Source of the DNA: Deltaproteobacteria bacterium
Lineage (GTDB): Bacteria > Desulfobacterota > Deferrimicrobia > J040
Reading direction: 5' to 3'
Assembly (NCBI GenBank): GCA_003696505.1
Contig: RFHC01000074.1
Coordinates: 1 to 40,757, forward strand
DNA length: 40,757 bases
The notes below the pieces were generated by a model. The model was given only the letters and a program-made list of their open reading frames with translations. It made no database searches and was not told the origin of the DNA. A program made the translations under genes and the position numbers. Shown here piece by piece: positions 37,452-40,757 of this stretch (positions within the stretch are counted from its first letter, which is position 1; each line of letters opens with the position of its first letter).

Positions 37452-40167
37452 GAAGGTGAAGATTATTAGACAGACCCGCATCGTCTACGACCCTCCGAAA
37501 GAACTGGGACTCTACAACTACTCTCCGAAGTTTCGCGTCGTCGTCACCTCTGAAGAAGAGGAACCGGGTCACGGATGCGTTTTCTGCGGCACCTGCGTCC
37601 GGGAGTGCACCCACAACCTCAGACACCCGGAGCTTCCCGGGGGGGTCTTCTGGATGGAGGAAATCCCCGTCGACGAGAAGGGGAACCGCATCGAGGAGCC
37701 CGATTCCGGGGTAGTCCTCGTGGACAAAATTCTCCACATCGTGGAGGAGGAGTGCTGTAACTGCAAGAGATGCGTCAAATACTGCCCCCAGAGGTCGATT
37801 AAGGTTTTCAAAAACCCGGACCACTTTGACATCGGAAACGAGGTGACCAATTCGGAGGTCATCGACCTGAACCTGGCCCGCTCGAGGGGGGAGAGGCTCA
37901 TCGGGTCCGCCCACCGGGGGACGGTGAGGACGGGAATGCGGGATTACTGGATGATTGACGCGGCGGAGATTCTCAGCCCCCAGAGAGACCACAGGTTTGA
38001 ATTCGCCGGGCGCCTCCGGACCGCCACTCTCGGGAAGAGGGTGGCCCGCTATCCCGTCAAAATCCCCATCTTCGACTGCAACATGAGTTACGGGTCGAAC
38101 GCCCACGAGACAGTCCTGGCGCGTCTCATCGCTTCAATCGAACTGGGCAGGCCTTTCTTCAGCGGAGAGGGGTACATCCACCCCGACATGATGCCGGCGG
38201 CCAGACACATTATTCTTCAATTCGGGTCGGGAGGATTTGGCCCCTGGGTCGACCTGGAGAAGTTCGCCGGATTTTCGATGAAGTACGGCCAGGACGCGAA
38301 GAAGGGGAAGGGAGGGCACCTCCCCGGCGTGAAGAACGACCTGGAAATCGCCTTGATACGCTGTGTCGAAGCGCTGAGGCCTCTCACTTCTCCGAATCCC
38401 CAGCACCTCCAGTACTCCATTGAGGAACTCCCCATGAGGGTGGAGACCCTCCGGGCGCTCCTCGGGGACGAGAAACTCATCGGGGCCGACGCCTACGGCA
38501 CGGCGTGGAATTTCCCGGAAATCGTCGTGGCGCTGGCACGAGCGGGATTCGATTACATCACGATCAAGGCGGGCGACGGCTCCACCGGCGCCGCCCACCT
38601 GACAGACCTGAAGAACCGGGGCCTCAACGTCGTTTACCTGGCCCACATTGCCGACCTGGCTCTCCGGGAAGCGGGACTGAGGGACCGGGTCTCGCTCATA
38701 GCCGAGGGGGGCGTGAAGGACGGCTTTGAGGCGATGCTCGTCCTCCTGGCGGGTGCGGATTTCGTGGGGATTGGCATGGCCCAGTTCATCCCCCTGGGGT
38801 GCACTCTCTGCGAGAGGTGCCACACGGACCAGTGCGCCTGGGGCATCACGACGAGGAGGTACGGTCACAGAATTGACCCCTTCGTGGGGGCGAAGAGAAT
38901 CGTTGAGATGAACAGGGCGTGGCTGACGGAAATGGAGGGACTTGCCGCCGGCCTGGGGATGAGCACCCATCAGGACGTCGTTGGCGCCCGGAGATTCCGC
39001 TATCACGGACCCGACCCCCTTCTCTACGAGACCTTCGGGAAGGGAGAGATTTCGGGGCAGGTGGAGAAGTCGCCTCTCTCCCGGGCCCAGGCCTTTTACC
39101 TGGCTCCCCTCTCCGAGAAGAGGGAAGAACTGAAGGGCTTCATCGAGAGAGTTCTCGAAAACGTGTGCGGTGACGAGCTTCATATTGACGTGGACGTTGA
39201 ACTCGGGTCTCTCCCCCTCAACCTGGCGATGAAAGAAGCCGCAGAGCGGGGGGTGAGAAAGTTTCACCTCCACCGGGTCTGCGGGCAGAGGTACATCGGC
39301 GTGGGAGTGAAAGCTGAGGAGATTCACGTCCACGGTCTCTCAGGAAACAACTCCTTCGCCTTCACCCGGGGTGTCAGGGTCTTCACATACCCCGACAGGG
39401 CGGGGAAAACCCTCATCCCCGGCGACGCTCAGGTGGCCGTTGCCAATACGTCGAACCCGAAGGAGATAAACATCGCGGGACGGGTGAACGACCTCTTCGC
39501 ATCTTACGCCGTCTCGGGACGATTCAGGGTTGCCAAGGGAGGGGGAGTGAGGAATCTCCTCCTTTTCAAGGCGGGCCTCCCGGAGGTGTGGGTAAGGGAG
39601 TGCGAAAAGGATTACTCCCGGCTGAGCGACGAAGAGGTTGTGGAAGAACTTCTCAGGAGGTATCAGGAGAGGAAAGCATTCCTGGAAGAGCACGGCTTTG
39701 ACAAGTACATAGAAAGGTATCGGAAAGACCTGGAAGAGCGCGTTCCTCCCGTGGGGATTTTCGGCCTCGGGCCCGACAGGGGAATGGGGGATTACTTCAT
39801 GGAGTACGCTCAGGGAGGAATCGGTATCCTCCTCAACATTTTCGACCTGGAAAGCCCCGTCGGTTACTACCTTTGCTCGGGACTCTCCGCCGGGTGCGCC
39901 TACATCCGGGGGAAGGTCCGGGAGGAGCAGCTCGGCATTGGAGTTAAACTCGTCCGTGAAGTTCGTGATTCTAACGAGAGAAAATTCCTCGAAAAAGAGA
40001 TTGCAGACTTTATCCGTGTCTTTGAAAAGGCGGGCATGGACGAGGAGTACATGCGGGGTTTTGACAGGTTTGCTGAACGCTTCGCCGCAAAGCCTGAGGA
40101 GATTTTGGACGAATTTGTCAAAGTCGTCCCCCTCGACCTGGAGACGGTGAGGGTCCCCATAGCCTGA
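37438..40167 (+). CDS. gltB: Glutamate synthase-like large subunit: 2x[4Fe-4S] ferredoxin + FMN-binding synthase + GXGXG beta-helix fusion
   Basis: CVFCGTCVREC and CCNCKRCVKYCP; MSYGS, SGEG, QFGSGGFG, KYGQDAKKGKGGHLPG, YSIEEL, GSTGAA, GCTLCERCHTDQCAWGITT; C-terminal GQRYIG, GDYFMEYAQGG, SGLSAGCAYIRG. Confidence 0.8.
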   Translation: MATREKVKIIRQTRIVYDPPKELGLYNYSPKFRVVVTSEEEEPGHGCVFCGTCVRECTHNLRHPELPGGVFWMEEIPVDEKGNRIEEPDSGVVLVDKILHIVEEECCNCKRCVKYCPQRSIKVFKNPDHFDIGNEVTNSEVIDLNLARSRGERLIGSAHRGTVRTGMRDYWMIDAAEILSPQRDHRFEFAGRLRTATLGKRVARYPVKIPIFDCNMSYGSNAHETVLARLIASIELGRPFFSGEGYIHPDMMPAARHIILQFGSGGFGPWVDLEKFAGFSMKYGQDAKKGKGGHLPGVKNDLEIALIRCVEALRPLTSPNPQHLQYSIEELPMRVETLRALLGDEKLIGADAYGTAWNFPEIVVALARAGFDYITIKAGDGSTGAAHLTDLKNRGLNVVYLAHIADLALREAGLRDRVSLIAEGGVKDGFEAMLVLLAGADFVGIGMAQFIPLGCTLCERCHTDQCAWGITTRRYGHRIDPFVGAKRIVEMNRAWLTEMEGLAAGLGMSTHQDVVGARRFRYHGPDPLLYETFGKGEISGQVEKSPLSRAQAFYLAPLSEKREELKGFIERVLENVCGDELHIDVDVELGSLPLNLAMKEAAERGVRKFHLHRVCGQRYIGVGVKAEEIHVHGLSGNNSFAFTRGVRVFTYPDRAGKTLIPGDAQVAVANTSNPKEINIAGRVNDLFASYAVSGRFRVAKGGGVRNLLLFKAGLPEVWVRECEKDYSRLSDEEVVEELLRRYQERKAFLEEHGFDKYIERYRKDLEERVPPVGIFGLGPDRGMGDYFMEYAQGGIGILLNIFDLESPVGYYLCSGLSAGCAYIRGKVREEQLGIGVKLVREVRDSNERKFLEKEIADFIRVFEKAGMDEEYMRGFDRFAERFAAKPEEILDEFVKVVPLDLETVRVPIA

Positions 40168-40204
40168 AGTAATCCAAATGCCGCGTCTTTGAAATGAGGA
40201 GGGA

Positions 40205-40231
40205 GGACCGCCCCCGTGAGGGGGGCGGTCC
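40205..40231. terminator. GC-rich hairpin between convergent genes (possible bidirectional terminator)
   Basis: GGACCGCCCCC-GTGAG-GGGGGCGGTCC, an 11-bp perfect stem. No U-tract on either side. Confidence 0.6.
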
Positions 40232-40247
40232 CGGAGGGAGTAAGGCG

Positions 40248-40757
40248 TCAGGGGATGGGGGTTATCTCTCTCCAGTAGGGCGTGTGGAGGAGGTTCTGGT
40301 CTCCAGGTCCGGCGTTCGTCGTCCCTAACTCAGAGAGGTCTTTCAGGTATATCTGAGTGCTCGCCACGACGCCCATCACGTCCTGCTCACCTTTCAGCGC
40401 GGTGAAGTAGATTCTGTCTCCTTCCACCTCGGCAGAGGAGCGGACCTTTCCGACGTTCTCCAGCTTTGTCACCAGTTCGCCTCCCAGAGAGAGGGCGTAG
40501 AAGTTGCCCGAGTTCGTCGCGTTCGTGTCGGGGATGTCCGCCGTGGGATCTATCGATTCGAGGGACCCGAAGGACGTGCCGAAGTAGATGTAGTCGCTCA
40601 CCTTCAGGATTGAGGCGTAGACCTTCTCTCCCGGAGCCAGCGTGTAGGACCAGAGCTCAAGGCCCGCACCCGTGTCGAAGGAGGGCACAGAATTCTGCAC
40701 GGTGGCGTCGTAACAGTAAACGCCGTAGGTGTTCGTCTCGGGAGCCCAGTCCTGGCC
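40248..40757 (-). CDS. C-terminus of a probable PilY1/PilC-like beta-propeller protein (5' end lies outside the window)
   Basis: The frame is open to the window edge (GQDWAPETNTYGVYCYD...). Propeller-like LWSYTL..GEKV, IYFGT and FYAL; terminal YWREI resembles PilY1 C-termini; T/N/D/S-rich composition. Confidence 0.55.
   Translation of the reverse strand, partial: GQDWAPETNTYGVYCYDATVQNSVPSFDTGAGLELWSYTLAPGEKVYASILKVSDYIYFGTSFGSLESIDPTADIPDTNATNSGNFYALSLGGELVTKLENVGKVRSSAEVEGDRIYFTALKGEQDVMGVVASTQIYLKDLSELGTTNAGPGDQNLLHTPYWREITPIP

Noticed and set aside
29009-40757. Prophage or integrative element at tRNA-Gly
   Set aside because: I found no integrase, transposase, phage gene or duplicated tRNA 3' end, and codon style resembles the core genes.

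Overview
Bacterial chromosomal segment. Gene order and protein types point to a Deltaproteobacteria/Desulfobacterota-like organism, and the E/K/R-rich proteins suggest a thermophile (both inferences). Bases 1-27998 are mostly core genes: recJ, DUF2062, speB, pdaD, fabH, rimI, pyrK and pyrD; then a sigma70 promoter and rimP-leader terminator heading rimP-nusA-ylxR-infB-DUF503-rbfA-nrnA-truB-rpsO-pnp-M16 peptidase-dut-purB-purS-purQ-purL-purF-pyrE-lipoprotein; then nadB (minus strand), a lytic transglycosylase and pgsA. Bases 28000-40757 look more accessory: an 8x34-aa WG-repeat protein, tRNA-Gly(GCC), a coupled GIDE(BAM)/EF-hand membrane protein plus LemA, a PaaI thioesterase, a conserved membrane protein coupled to DUF763, a divergent three-gene glutamate-synthase-like operon, and the 3' end of a probable PilY1-like gene. 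The best candidates for novelty are (1) the split glutamate-synthase-like operon, made of a DsrL-like flavoprotein, a stand-alone Ntn amidotransferase and a ferredoxin-FMN-GXGXG fusion with altered active-site motifs, and (2) the RING-less GIDE/EF-hand plus LemA pair. I saw no CRISPR array, integrase or transposase. All calls come from reading motifs by eye; no database searches were run.
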